Virus record (IMG/VR): IMGVR_UViG_3300008954_003475
Location: 124,001-188,000 of that record
Reading direction: 5' to 3' (one strand)
DNA: 64,000 bases
How positions within the stretch are numbered: position 1 is the first letter of the stretch; every line of letters starts with the position of its first letter. The translations under genes and the position numbers were made by a program. Shown piece by piece: positions 38,459 to 49,500 of the stretch. The notes under the pieces were generated by a model that saw only the letters and a program-made list of their open reading frames with translations, searched no databases and had not been told where the DNA came from.

Positions 38459-40564
38459 CTATCGAGTTATAAACTCAAGTTCGCTTTCCCCATTAATCTT
38501 TGTAATATTAACTACATTGTCAAACTTTTCTTTCAAAGATTCATCATGAGTAATTACCAAAATCTTATATTTATCCTCTAAAGATTTTATTACATTTACA
38601 AACAGAGTCTCTACACCAAACCTATCCAGCGGAGAGTTGACTTCATCTAAAAGCAAAAACTCTAGAGAAGAACCGCCATACCTGCTTGATATATCACTTA
38701 GCGCAACCCTAAGGGCCAGAGAGATTCTGAACTTCTCTCCACCGCTGAGTGACTTAAAGTTTTGTAAATGTCCATCTTTTCTTACTTTAAGATCTAAAGT
38801 TTCAATGATAGAGGTTCCATCTGCCCCAAGTCTTTGTGTTTCCAAAACAATAATAACTGGCTCATTACATATTGATGCCAATATAGTATTTGCGCTCTTC
38901 TCAAGATCTTCTATAACAGCGTCTAATAAAATCGTCTGAATACCTCCCTTGCCAAATATCTTTGCAAGCTTATCAAACAACGCGGATCTCTCCATCTTTT
39001 TAGCGACCTTGTTTTTATCAGACCTCATTTTAGATTCTTGCTCTTTAAGCAGAGAAGCTCTTTCCGTCAGCCTTCCCATCTTCTTGTCTTCCTCAGACAC
39101 ATCCTCTACAACACTATCCTTTTCCTCTCTAAGTTGTCCCAGCTTTAACCTTAAGCTTTGAAAATCTTCATTCTTAATAGATTCCAAAATATCCATATTA
39201 GTTTTTAATTTAAACTTTGCCTTATCCAAAGAGGAATCAACCTTCTCCAAAGACTTATTAGCATCTTCCAAACCAACTACAACCAAATCTAACTTGTAAG
39301 TTAATGATCCAATATTTGTATCAATTTCTTTTAATTCATTATTATCTTTTCTTATTGCAAGCCACTTATCAACCTCCTTCTCTAAAGATCGAACTTCCTT
39401 GTTGGCCTCTCCAGATTGAAACTTATAGTGCTTAACCTTAAAATTGTGATCGCCCTCTAGCTTTCTAAAAAGCTTATTATCAATAGTTTGATTGCAAACA
39501 TAACATTCATCAGAAGAAACGTTTATTTCCCCCAACGACTTAAGAGCCTCTTCCGAAGATGCCTTTTGCGACTTATAATGAGTAAGTTGCGCTCTTAGGT
39601 CTTCAATCTTTCCATCTGGAATCTCTATAGCTTTTCTGTTTTTTATTTTCTTTTTTAAAGTATTTATCTTTTTATCAATTTCTTTTTTATCAACTTTATA
39701 TTTTTCTACAGATTCTGCAGCAGAAGATGATTTATCAGAAAACTCTTTACATTCTTGTTTTAAAATCTTTATTTGATCAATAACCTTATCATATGTGTCC
39801 GTATCAAGAGACTTCTTTATAACCGTATATTTCTTGCTCAAAGAATCAATCTGCTCAAATAAGACTTTCTTCTTTGAGCTAAGCTCATTAGCCTTCTTCT
39901 TTGACTCTTTGATTTCAATATTTGTAGTTTGAAGCTTTTCAACTACCGAATCATATTCTTCTACTGACTTCTTTAAAACCTTACACTCTATATTGATATC
40001 TCTGACCTTTTTTCTAGCAGCTTTTTCATAATCATCCCACCTAGAGATATCAACAATAGACTTTAAAATCTCCTTCTTTCTTGAAGGATCTGACTCTGCA
40101 AATTCAGAAATATCATTCTGCCTAAAGTAAACAGAGTTTATAAAGGTTTTATTATCTAATTTTATTGTTGATTCAATCTTATCATTTGTATCTCCAGATG
40201 TAGAGCAAGATATATCTTGCCACTCGCCAGACTTATCTAACATAGAAAACTCAACTGTTGAGGTTGAATTTGCGCGATTTCTGAATCTTTCAACAAGATA
40301 GCTTTCTCCATCATGCTTAAACTCAAGAGACACAGAGCAGGTTGTCTCGCCCCATCGAATTATATCATCCATCATGGCTGCTCTAGACTTGTTGAACAAA
40401 CACCAAAGAATTGCCTCAAAGATCGCGCTCTTGCCCGAACCGTTAGACTTATTGTAATTCCCTTCTGTATTCCCAATAAGAAGTGCTGAATTAAATTTAG
40501 AAAAATCTATTTCACTATCTTTGTGAGAAAAGAAGTTTTCCAATCTAAGTTTAGATGGTATCAT
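38459..40564 (-). CDS. sbcC: SbcC/Rad50/gp46-like SMC ATPase
   Basis: NGSGKS, Q-loop FRQ, coiled coils, Zn hook CYVC, LSGGE, LLLDE, ITH. Confidence 0.95.
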   Translation of the reverse strand: MIPSKLRLENFFSHKDSEIDFSKFNSALLIGNTEGNYNKSNGSGKSAIFEAILWCLFNKSRAAMMDDIIRWGETTCSVSLEFKHDGESYLVERFRNRANSTSTVEFSMLDKSGEWQDISCSTSGDTNDKIESTIKLDNKTFINSVYFRQNDISEFAESDPSRKKEILKSIVDISRWDDYEKAARKKVRDINIECKVLKKSVEEYDSVVEKLQTTNIEIKESKKKANELSSKKKVLFEQIDSLSKKYTVIKKSLDTDTYDKVIDQIKILKQECKEFSDKSSSAAESVEKYKVDKKEIDKKINTLKKKIKNRKAIEIPDGKIEDLRAQLTHYKSQKASSEEALKSLGEINVSSDECYVCNQTIDNKLFRKLEGDHNFKVKHYKFQSGEANKEVRSLEKEVDKWLAIRKDNNELKEIDTNIGSLTYKLDLVVVGLEDANKSLEKVDSSLDKAKFKLKTNMDILESIKNEDFQSLRLKLGQLREEKDSVVEDVSEEDKKMGRLTERASLLKEQESKMRSDKNKVAKKMERSALFDKLAKIFGKGGIQTILLDAVIEDLEKSANTILASICNEPVIIVLETQRLGADGTSIIETLDLKVRKDGHLQNFKSLSGGEKFRISLALRVALSDISSRYGGSSLEFLLLDEVNSPLDRFGVETLFVNVIKSLEDKYKILVITHDESLKEKFDNVVNITKINGESELEFITR

Positions 40565-41730
40565 ACTTCTCCCATTATTATCTTAGCCTCTTTAATCAAA
40601 GCTTTTTCGTATTCTTTTTCAATGCCTTGTGAATCAACAAAGGCCTTAAACATCGAAAAATCATCTTTATGATCTAATATAGAATTATCTCTGACAAGCC
40701 TTTGCACAATTGTTTCTATACCAATTTTCGAAACATGGAAAGCTCCAAGATTATAAAGAGCTGATTGAATCAACTCCTTATCCATAGCTGGCAGGACCTT
40801 TTCATCAACTGCAAACTTGAACCTAACAATCTTATCTTTTACATCATGTTCTTCCAAAGAGTTATCGATAGCATCATTTATTTCCGAAAAGTCAACCCCC
40901 GATAAGTTGACAGAAGCATCTAGCAAATCTCTTACCGGAATTTTACAAAACTTTGCTTTTTTCTTTGAAATATCATAATCAACAAAATACTTATCTACCC
41001 CTGCATCTCCAAAGTTAGATCGCTCCATAGAACCTGTATACACACACACGGGCGCTTGCTTGCGCAAAACCCTAAACTGGTGCAGGTGGCCCATCATAGT
41101 AATGTCGCAACCCTTAAAGGCTGATGGGCTTGCCATGACTTCTGTTCCGCCATAATCATTATAGCTTCCTTCATAAAAGAAGTTGTGACCGACAGATACT
41201 ATTGGATCATCATTTGAAATTGACCCTATAAGCTCTCTGACCTGTGAATCATATGCTTCGGATTGCTCCTTTGTGTTGCTTCCCTCGTACATCTTTCTAT
41301 CTCTATAAGGAAGCAAAATCAAGTTTACCTTTTGATTCTTTGCATTACAAACCTCTACAACCTCTGGCTCAAGCAGCATTCTAACGTTTGGATATTCTGC
41401 TGCAGATAAGGAAACTATAGAGCTTGTAAAGCTCGTTCCACTCTTCTTATAGTCATGGTTACCCATGATTACAAATGTTGCTATATTTGCATTCGACAAC
41501 CGCTTCAACGCCTTGTCCACAATATTCATATGCTCAATGCTCGGATCTCTTTGTTCAAACATATCTCCCGTCTGAACAAAGACATCAGCTTTTGTTTTAA
41601 TTGTATGGTCAATTATATAATTAAGAGTTTTCTCATAATCATCAACCCTAGTATTTCCGCCTGCCCCATTCGACCTTCCAAGGCCAAATACAGCACCGAT
41701 ATGAGTGTCTCCACAAACAACTATTCTCAT
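40561..41730 (-). CDS. sbcD: SbcD/Mre11/gp47-like nuclease
   Basis: GDTHIG, TGDMF, MGNHD, GH, MGHLH, YTGS. Confidence 0.93.
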   Translation of the reverse strand: MRIVVCGDTHIGAVFGLGRSNGAGGNTRVDDYEKTLNYIIDHTIKTKADVFVQTGDMFEQRDPSIEHMNIVDKALKRLSNANIATFVIMGNHDYKKSGTSFTSSIVSLSAAEYPNVRMLLEPEVVEVCNAKNQKVNLILLPYRDRKMYEGSNTKEQSEAYDSQVRELIGSISNDDPIVSVGHNFFYEGSYNDYGGTEVMASPSAFKGCDITMMGHLHQFRVLRKQAPVCVYTGSMERSNFGDAGVDKYFVDYDISKKKAKFCKIPVRDLLDASVNLSGVDFSEINDAIDNSLEEHDVKDKIVRFKFAVDEKVLPAMDKELIQSALYNLGAFHVSKIGIETIVQRLVRDNSILDHKDDFSMFKAFVDSQGIEKEYEKALIKEAKIIMGEV

Positions 41731-42266
41731 TTGTTAGAATACCTCCTACGTATAGTAACCTTTACTTTCTTAAGTAATTTCTTTGCAGCTTGAACATTCT
41801 TTCGATCAATAGTCTCTAGATATTCATCTGTCTTTTTCATAAGCTTTTCTACCCATTCAATATCATCTGAATGCATAGCCTGTGTTCTTCTAAACACATG
41901 TGACAACTCCAAGAGTTGTGAGAAATTTGAAACATGCTTTTTTCTAGCAACCTTTGTAACTTTGGCTGGATCAACAATCTTTGATAGCTCAATCAAAGAT
42001 GTAGAAAAATCAACCCCTTTACATAGAATATAAAAGTCTATGACATTATTCGAAGCACCACAGCCAAAGCAATAAAAATTATTATTGTCCTCATCTATAT
42101 AAAGCGAACCAGTCCTTTCGGAACCACTCTTGTGTTCCTTGGATGGACACTTACACCTGTGCGTAAAATTGCCACTGTTCACTTGCTCTAAAGCAATTGA
42201 AAACTTGCTGGCTAATTCTGTTATACTTACAGCTATGTTTATTTCTTCTTTCGAATATTTAATCAA
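41727..42266 (-). CDS. stand-alone primase-type CHC2 zinc-finger protein
   Basis: CP..EH....ERTGSLYI.....FYCFGCGASNNVIDF....GVDF followed by a short helical C-terminus. Confidence 0.85.
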   Translation of the reverse strand: MIKYSKEEINIAVSITELASKFSIALEQVNSGNFTHRCKCPSKEHKSGSERTGSLYIDEDNNNFYCFGCGASNNVIDFYILCKGVDFSTSLIELSKIVDPAKVTKVARKKHVSNFSQLLELSHVFRRTQAMHSDDIEWVEKLMKKTDEYLETIDRKNVQAAKKLLKKVKVTIRRRYSNK

Positions 42267-43354
42267 GATAAAAACCTATTCCAAAATGAAGTCTTCTTCT
42301 TTCCTGGTTTAATTTTATCAATTTCTTTTTGAATATCAGTTATAAATGGCGCTCTAAAAAGCATTGGCTTCGATAGGGTTCCGTCTAAATACAGCCCTGT
42401 TCCAACATCTGTTATCTTTTCTGCACCGCCTCGATCAAGAATAACCCTACTGTCAACAGCTGATGCTACTTTTAACGCCACTCTTCCAGAGAAGTTCGCT
42501 TTAATTAATCCCGATATTACTCTACACGATGGCCTTTGTGTTGCCAAAATAATTGAGATCCCTGCGGCTCGGCCCTTTTGGGCGACAAGACACAAGGTCT
42601 TTTGTATATCCTTATCTTGCAAAACAATGTCTGCCCACTCATCAACGATAACAACAACGGGCTTCATCCTGTTTCTATGATCTGCTCGCTTATTATATTC
42701 AATAACACTTCTTGTTCCAGACTTTTGCAGATATGAAAATCTTGTCTCCATAAGAGATCTAACCTCTTCTATAATCTCCCCAGCATCTTCTGCAGAGTTA
42801 ACAATAGATTTTACAGAAGATAGATTCTCATACGCTCCAAACTCTACCATCTTGGGATCTACCAAATATAATATGGCATCCGATCCCAATAGAGAAAGGA
42901 TAAAGCTGTGAAGCAAGACGCTCTTTCCAGAGCCTGTCGTTCCCCCTACAAGTAGGTTCGGTAACGAATTCAGATCAACAAACGAAAACTCTCCTAATGA
43001 ATCTACTCCCAAGGCAACTGGTGCATAATAATTCTTTGGAAAAGAATTAAACACCTGTTCAAAGCTGGGAGAAATTATCTCTTCCCTTTGCATTTCAATT
43101 CTATAAATTCCATCCTTCATAACTGGAAACCCAGTAGGATGGGAATGTGAAGACATTGCCATACCAATATCTACCAATACTCTATCGAGTCTTGATGATC
43201 TAATTCCATTGGCTAACTTTATATCATATACATCAAAAAATCTCTTTTGATCTAGTTTAACAGAGTTAGCCTTTATACCAAAGGATTTAAGCAGTCCAAA
43301 TAGCTTTTCTTCCTTTTTTGGTTCAAATATCTCTATCACTCCGGACGTTTTCAT
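42263..43354 (-). CDS. FtsK/SpoIIIE-like DNA translocase (soluble motor only)
   Basis: LPNLLVGGTTGSGKS, DPKMVE, VIVDEWAD, GRAAG, ATQRP, DSRVILD..GAE; no transmembrane or gamma domain. Confidence 0.9.
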   Translation of the reverse strand: MKTSGVIEIFEPKKEEKLFGLLKSFGIKANSVKLDQKRFFDVYDIKLANGIRSSRLDRVLVDIGMAMSSHSHPTGFPVMKDGIYRIEMQREEIISPSFEQVFNSFPKNYYAPVALGVDSLGEFSFVDLNSLPNLLVGGTTGSGKSVLLHSFILSLLGSDAILYLVDPKMVEFGAYENLSSVKSIVNSAEDAGEIIEEVRSLMETRFSYLQKSGTRSVIEYNKRADHRNRMKPVVVIVDEWADIVLQDKDIQKTLCLVAQKGRAAGISIILATQRPSCRVISGLIKANFSGRVALKVASAVDSRVILDRGGAEKITDVGTGLYLDGTLSKPMLFRAPFITDIQKEIDKIKPGKKKTSFWNRFLS

Positions 43355-43541
43355 TAAGGCTCCTTATTTCAGATAAAATATCCTGAAGGGCTTCGCGGCA
43401 CCCTACAAGACCAATATAGACACCGTTGGAGGATGGAGCAACAGAAAATTTCTTGCTTTCATCTTCGATCTTTCTGATTCTTTTATTTGCCTCAGCTATC
43501 TTATCCAAGATAAGTTTTATAGCTCTATTCTTAAATGTCAT
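43323..43541 (-). CDS. hypothetical protein
   Basis: 72-aa helical ORF within the operon. Confidence 0.55.
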   Translation of the reverse strand: MTFKNRAIKLILDKIAEANKRIRKIEDESKKFSVAPSSNGVYIGLVGCREALQDILSEIRSLNENVRSDRDI

Positions 43542-43904
43542 TTAATTTTTAGATTTAATCTTTGGATTCTTTTTAAGCCTATTGATTTCTCGCCTTAACT
43601 CTCTAATTTCTACTTCTAATTTTACATTTTCATCGCTAAGCTTCAAGCTTGATCTTAATGCCAAAATGATTAATCCAAATATTCCTTCGCCGGGGTTTAC
43701 CCCGTCTAGCTCATCGGCTGCAACAAGCAGTCTGTTTAAAACAGAAACAACATTATTATGATAGGCAGGCGTTTGATTGTCTGGATGTGTTTTGTCTGCA
43801 AGTAACTGCTTAAAGTCATTAAACGCTTTCTCCACATCGCTTTGCGCCTTAACCTTCTTGGCATCTATATATTTTGTATTCGTTGGAACTTTTACGTCTG
43901 ACAT
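43542..43904 (-). CDS. hypothetical coiled-coil protein
   Basis: Start moved to ATG 43904 (AGAGGA RBS); NPGEG motif and C-terminal coiled coil. Confidence 0.6.
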   Translation of the reverse strand: MSDVKVPTNTKYIDAKKVKAQSDVEKAFNDFKQLLADKTHPDNQTPAYHNNVVSVLNRLLVAADELDGVNPGEGIFGLIILALRSSLKLSDENVKLEVEIRELRREINRLKKNPKIKSKN

Positions 43905-44227
43905 ATGTAATCCTCTTTTAAAATTAACATAATATACAAGCCGCATCTTTTATGCATTCGCAAAAAGGCCTGTATTTTATGTAGCATATCTTCGTCAATA
44001 ATACTAAATTGTTTATATAAAAAGTTAATTATATTAACACACTTGTTATAGTCATAGCAGGGTGAATCGAATAATCCACAAGCATTCTCTAAGAATCCAA
44101 AGATCTTATCCTTGTATGCCTTTTCTATCTTTGACAAATCAACCAAAGCATTTGAGGTTGACTCGCAATATATAAAGTTATCAGGATCTGTATATCCATT
44201 ACAACCCAAGATTAAATAGGCATTCAA
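43892..44227 (-). CDS. hypothetical protein
   Basis: 111 aa; TTG start with GGAG RBS. Confidence 0.6.
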   Translation of the reverse strand: MNAYLILGCNGYTDPDNFIYCESTSNALVDLSKIEKAYKDKIFGFLENACGLFDSPCYDYNKCVNIINFLYKQFSIIDEDMLHKIQAFLRMHKRCGLYIMLILKEDYICQT

Positions 44228-44268
44228 AATTAGACTCCGGCATTCTGTGCTATTTATATTTTACTGCT

Positions 44269-46515
44269 TTACGCCCAAATCCACTGCAGCCTTGCCCCTA
44301 CAAAATAAAGATGACTTGTATTGAAAAGCCCCGCTGATGTAGTGTCATCTATTTGGTCTACCCAGAGTCTAAATTGAAATAATCCACAATTTGAACCATC
44401 TACCTCTATTTCTTTTGAGGAAAAATCACTAATAGCATGGTACCACCCCATAGAAGAAAATGCTGATGTATAATCATGTAGGTTTTCTCTTACAATTCCT
44501 GATGACGGATGATTGTTGGTCCACACAGTGCCTGTAACAAGCTCTCCATTTGCAAATTCATGCATAGAATCATTTGAGGTTGGTGCATTATGATATAGTT
44601 TTACTCTAAACACTGGCTCAACCACCTGTGCTGATAAATCCATAACAAAATAAGCAGTTATCCTACAATTCAATGGGGCAGATGCTGAAAATCCAGCCAC
44701 ACTGTCTGGGCCAGGTGTGGTCGCATGAGCGCCGGTCATCACCCCTGATGCTGTTAGTGCTTGACTCAGAGGTATTGGAACTGTAGTATAATATTTGTTT
44801 GCGCCACCATTGTTGTCCCTCAAGGCTCTCATCCCAGTCTCTCTGCTGCCATCATTTACGATAATCGTTTCAGCAAACTTTCCATAAATATCTTTGGACG
44901 GAACCCAAGACTCAGCCCCAACCCATTGGGTTGCCATGTGCGAACCACCACCGCCAGACCCTGTTGCTGTAATGGTGATTGTATCAGCACCAACAGAGGC
45001 CGAGTCAGAAGAGACTAGATCTATACCACTTCCTGCTACCAGAGTCAATGTGTCTGACGAAGAAACGGGAGAAACAGGAGATCCGCTGTGAGTGCCTCCG
45101 CTTGAATCAACTCCGATTGAACTATATAAATTCTGATCTACATTTGGAGAAGCATTTGTAATGGTTAAAGTATCTCCAGAAATCGCAGTGCTTATGCTAG
45201 AACCGTCTCCAGCAATAGTTAAGTTATCTGTGGTTGAATTGGCAGTGGCAGTGCTTGCATCATCCGCAGTAAATGTTGCCCACAAGTCTTGATCCGATCC
45301 AATAGAGGAATCAATATACACATCGCCTGTAGACGAATCCCATACCATAACATCGCCAGTACTCGCTGTTAAAGTATTTATTCTAATCGGAGGATTGCTT
45401 GTGTCTTGTACATGCAAAGCTCTTCCTGGAGAGGTCCCTATGCCAACCTTTCCATCCCCCAATATCTTAAGGATATTTGCTCCGGTCCCACTGCCATCAT
45501 TATCTCCATACCAAACATTGAAAACTGCATTTTCAGGACTTCCATCTGCACTAGATAATCCGTATATCGTCCAGTCATAACTACCCCCTGTTGGGCCAGC
45601 TGTGCCTTCCGTATTTGTAAAAGAGATTCTCCCACCCCATTGGCTTTCTTCATGAATTAGAATTGAGGGATTTGTACCAGAGTTAGTCGCACCAACTGTA
45701 AGAAAGCCCTGAGGATCTTCTTCGCCTATGCCAACCTTACCACTTTGCAAAACAGTCATAAGAAGAGTTCCGGAGTCTTGACCGCCGCTGCCATCCTGCG
45801 GGGTTACGCCCATGTTCGCACCTGTCGGACCTACAATGTCAAAGCTCTTGGACAAAGTGGAGTAGTCATTGCCATTGTTATCAATAACAACACGGACACT
45901 TCCGAAGCTTTCAAGACTCAAGGTGTCAACGCTAGAGTGTAAGTTTCCAAGCCTTGCATAAGTAGAATCAGATACATCTATATAAACCTTGGAATTATCG
46001 GCCACTATAACTCTTCCTGAGTCATATTCATACACGAATCCCGAATCGCCCCCAAAGGCTCCATCTTCATTGTATTGAACATGAGTATCGGAACCGCCTG
46101 CCGCCATAGATAAATCAAGATAGAAATCCCCTGCGGCATCCATATATGGTATACAAGGGTTTACACCCCCTGCGGCTATTGCTGCATCAATCTCTGACTG
46201 ACTATACCCTTGAACATTTTTGGCCTGAACAGCTGCGGTTGTACCGCCAAAGCCTCCAAGGTTGCCATGCATCAACTGGCCTCTAACATGCTTGCGTCCC
46301 GATGAAGTATCTGGAGATAAACTGACCCTTGCAGCATGTCCGTCGATGTGTTGACCATCATGAACATGGCCTCCTAAGGAGGGGTGAAACTCATCATCCT
46401 CAGGGGCTACAACTCCGGCATACTCTCCTCCATAAAGGGAGTTTGCAAACTCTGCAGTTACAACGGTAACTGCCGTTGTATGCTTAGTTAATTTTGCATC
46501 ACTATCTACTGACAT
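44269..46515 (-). CDS. tail fibre / receptor-binding-like protein
   Basis: GGSDTHVQYNEDGAFGG, two GKVGIG repeats, Thr/Ser-rich TLTI segments; N-terminus shared with the next gene. Confidence 0.7.
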   Translation of the reverse strand: MSVDSDAKLTKHTTAVTVVTAEFANSLYGGEYAGVVAPEDDEFHPSLGGHVHDGQHIDGHAARVSLSPDTSSGRKHVRGQLMHGNLGGFGGTTAAVQAKNVQGYSQSEIDAAIAAGGVNPCIPYMDAAGDFYLDLSMAAGGSDTHVQYNEDGAFGGDSGFVYEYDSGRVIVADNSKVYIDVSDSTYARLGNLHSSVDTLSLESFGSVRVVIDNNGNDYSTLSKSFDIVGPTGANMGVTPQDGSGGQDSGTLLMTVLQSGKVGIGEEDPQGFLTVGATNSGTNPSILIHEESQWGGRISFTNTEGTAGPTGGSYDWTIYGLSSADGSPENAVFNVWYGDNDGSGTGANILKILGDGKVGIGTSPGRALHVQDTSNPPIRINTLTASTGDVMVWDSSTGDVYIDSSIGSDQDLWATFTADDASTATANSTTDNLTIAGDGSSISTAISGDTLTITNASPNVDQNLYSSIGVDSSGGTHSGSPVSPVSSSDTLTLVAGSGIDLVSSDSASVGADTITITATGSGGGGSHMATQWVGAESWVPSKDIYGKFAETIIVNDGSRETGMRALRDNNGGANKYYTTVPIPLSQALTASGVMTGAHATTPGPDSVAGFSASAPLNCRITAYFVMDLSAQVVEPVFRVKLYHNAPTSNDSMHEFANGELVTGTVWTNNHPSSGIVRENLHDYTSAFSSMGWYHAISDFSSKEIEVDGSNCGLFQFRLWVDQIDDTTSAGLFNTSHLYFVGARLQWIWA

Positions 46516-46533
46516 TAGAATCCTCTATAGTAT

Positions 46534-49500
46534 TTATGGAAGTGTATCAAAATTGCCATCCCAATATAGTCCATTTTCAATAAGCTCTACGTTTATAACT
46601 GCAGATGATAAATTTGGTCGAGCCCCATCAGGCTTAGGAGAGTAGACTCCAGCGTTGTAATTTTCTCTTATAATAAATTTCACAGTAGGATAATCAGGAA
46701 AAGAAGAAGCAGAAGACGATGTCCACGGCGGGGAAGCACTTTCGTCAGTTGGTCCATGAGTTATGATGAAACTGAAATCATGCGATGTTCCTATTGCGTC
46801 TGGATCTGTCCCGCCCATAGTAACCGGATACCCTCCGGCACCTGTAGGATAATAAAAAAATGTAAAATGAGCGACTTCAACACCGCCACCTTCGCTGGCA
46901 AGTCGTGGCAAAAATACCCCTTTTGCGCCAAACATTGTAGCATTCTGCATCCCCCCGCCGCTCTTCCACGCTTTGCAGTGTAGTAATCCTTTTACTTCAA
47001 ACATATAGGCATGGCCCGTCTTTAACTGAAGGCGGGTACCTGCCCCATCTGCTGTAAGCTCATAAAACGGCAAACCATTAGAGTCTAAATGCGGACCAAA
47101 ACTAGAAACAGTTCCTAGGTTTGGAACCGTAGCTGGCGCATCTACCGTATAAGACCAGTGACCTCTGGCTACAAAATTGCTTCGTTGTGCAGACCCAGCA
47201 CCGCAGTTCATAAGAGGCGCACCTCCCATGGTGGTTACAGCTCCAGTGGCCGGCTCTCCCGCTGCTGCTGCAGCCTCTATATCAAAGGGCATCCCGCTTT
47301 GAGCGGCCATACCAAAGTGATGAGCCCTTGCCCCTGCTCCATATGCTATTGCATGCTTGGTTGAATTAGCTGGCGTATCAAGCGATAATGATATTGTATT
47401 TCCTTCTCCATTAAGTATAGAGCAATTATGATTGTTAGCCGTTATTGTATTTTTATATCCACATAAAACAGAATTAAAGTTTGTGCCTTGCGCTATGACA
47501 TTTGATGCGCCACCCCCAATGAAGGCATGATTACTATTTGCAATGACATTGAGTTCTCCACCGACAATCGAGTTTTTGGTAGATGCCTCATCTATATAAT
47601 TTCCTGCACCACCTCCTACAAAGCACATCTTGGCTCCATTGTTAATATAATTTCCTGCACCACCTCCTACAAAAGACTGGTCTGCATCGGACAGGTAGTT
47701 TCCATCCCCACCAACTATAACTCCATCTTGGGATTTATTTATATAATTATTTTTACCAGCACCTATAAAAGAAAACGGCGCAGAGTCTCCCGTCTCTCCT
47801 ATCTCATTGCTTTGGCCAGCACCTACAAAAGAGTGAGTGCTGGCTTTTATTTTGTTTTCTTGTCCTGAACATATAGCAGCATATCCGGAAGGAGTAGCTC
47901 CATTGCTGATTACATTTAAACTGCCACCAGCTATTACTGAAAAACTGCCTTTGGTTATTGAACAATCTGATCCACCAACTATGCTTGCACTGGCAGACAT
48001 AGAAATGGCCGAGTTTAACCCTGCCCCTATAAAGGCTGAAGAAGATTGGTTTGAATTTGTCCCACTGATTCCACAATTATTTCCTCCAGAAATAGCTGCA
48101 CGAGAAGAGTATGCTCCTACAGAATTAGACTCACCACCCGAAACTGTAGAGTGTTGCGAGCTTATAGAGTTATCCTGACCCCCTCCAATCGCGGAGTGTT
48201 GCGAGCTTATAGAGTTACTCTGACCACCAGCTATTGTTGAATAAGTAGATGCAGACTCTATGTAGCATGAGCTACCGCCGCCTATAACAGAGTGAGTAGA
48301 TGCTCCATAAATACTGTTAGTCTGACCGCCGCCTATAACAGAGTGAGGAGATGCTCCATAAATATTATTTTGTTGACCGCCGGTTACAGAAGAATGAGGA
48401 GATACTTCGTGTACGTTATTGCTCTGACCTCCAGTTACAGAAGAATGAGTAGATGTTCCATAGACATTATTTCCCTGGCCTCCACCTACAACAGAATAAG
48501 GAGATGTTCCATAGACGTTATTATTCCGACCCCCACTTACGGTCGAATAAGAAGATGCTTGATTTAAGCCATCTACTCCAATATCGTTTTGATACCCGCC
48601 GGCGACTACTGAATATTCAGAACCATCTAAAATCTTATTTTCATACCCGCCACCTATGTTTGAATAATCTGGCTTAGCCCCTACTGAGTCATCAATTATA
48701 TTTGACTGCCCACCACCAATAGATGCGTGGGCAGCATTAGCTTGGTTTCCTTGCCCGCCGAGAACCGCCGCCCAATCGGAATCTGAGTCATTGCTATCTC
48801 CTCCGGCTGTTGCAGAACAATACCCATCAGCAGTGTTGTAACTGCCTCCGCCTATGGCTCCAAAATCCCCACCTGAAGAATTGCCTTGACCACCGCCTAT
48901 AGCCGAATGTGTTACATTTACAGTATTGCCTTGACCACCGCTAACCGTTGAATAGTTTCCAAGCGCATTATTACCACTGCCTCCGCCGACAGTTGAAGAA
49001 AGTTTGGATGCAGTATTGCTGCCGCCTCCGCCTACAGTTGAAGAAGCTTCGGACGCAGTATTTCCTGTACCTCCGCCTACAGTTGAAGAAGCTTCGGACG
49101 CAGTATTTCCTGTACCTCCGCCTACAGTTGAAGAATTGCCGCTAGCAGTATTGGCACTTCCGCCACTTACAACAGAATGGCTTCCGGAAGCTGTATTGTT
49201 CTGACCAAAGGCCGCAGAATAACTACCTCTGTTTGAATTAGTATCAGTACCATCCCATTGTAGCCCGCTAGCAGAGCCTGCTCTAAATGCAGCAGTAGAT
49301 TTGTCGAATATGATTCTGTTATTGCCCTCAGTTCCGCCGCCCGCATGCATAGACTCAAGCGATTCAGATCCAAATACAAAATCATATCCATCGTCTGCAT
49401 CCCATAAGCCGTCCGAACCTTCTACGCGCTGCCTTATAAGCATATGTTCGCCTTCGGTAGTATGCGGAGTATGAGCGCTCGATGGGCTTTCTATCTCGTG

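Noticed and set aside
44232-44265. T4-type late promoter TATAAATA on the minus strand
   Set aside because: Single coding-strand intergenic instance noticed in AT-rich DNA, upstream of non-structural genes; no gp55/gp33-like gene was recognised.
48150-49140. CRISPR array or DGR template/variable repeats
   Set aside because: The repeats are contiguous, in frame and encode the solenoid; there are no unique spacers and no reverse transcriptase in the window.
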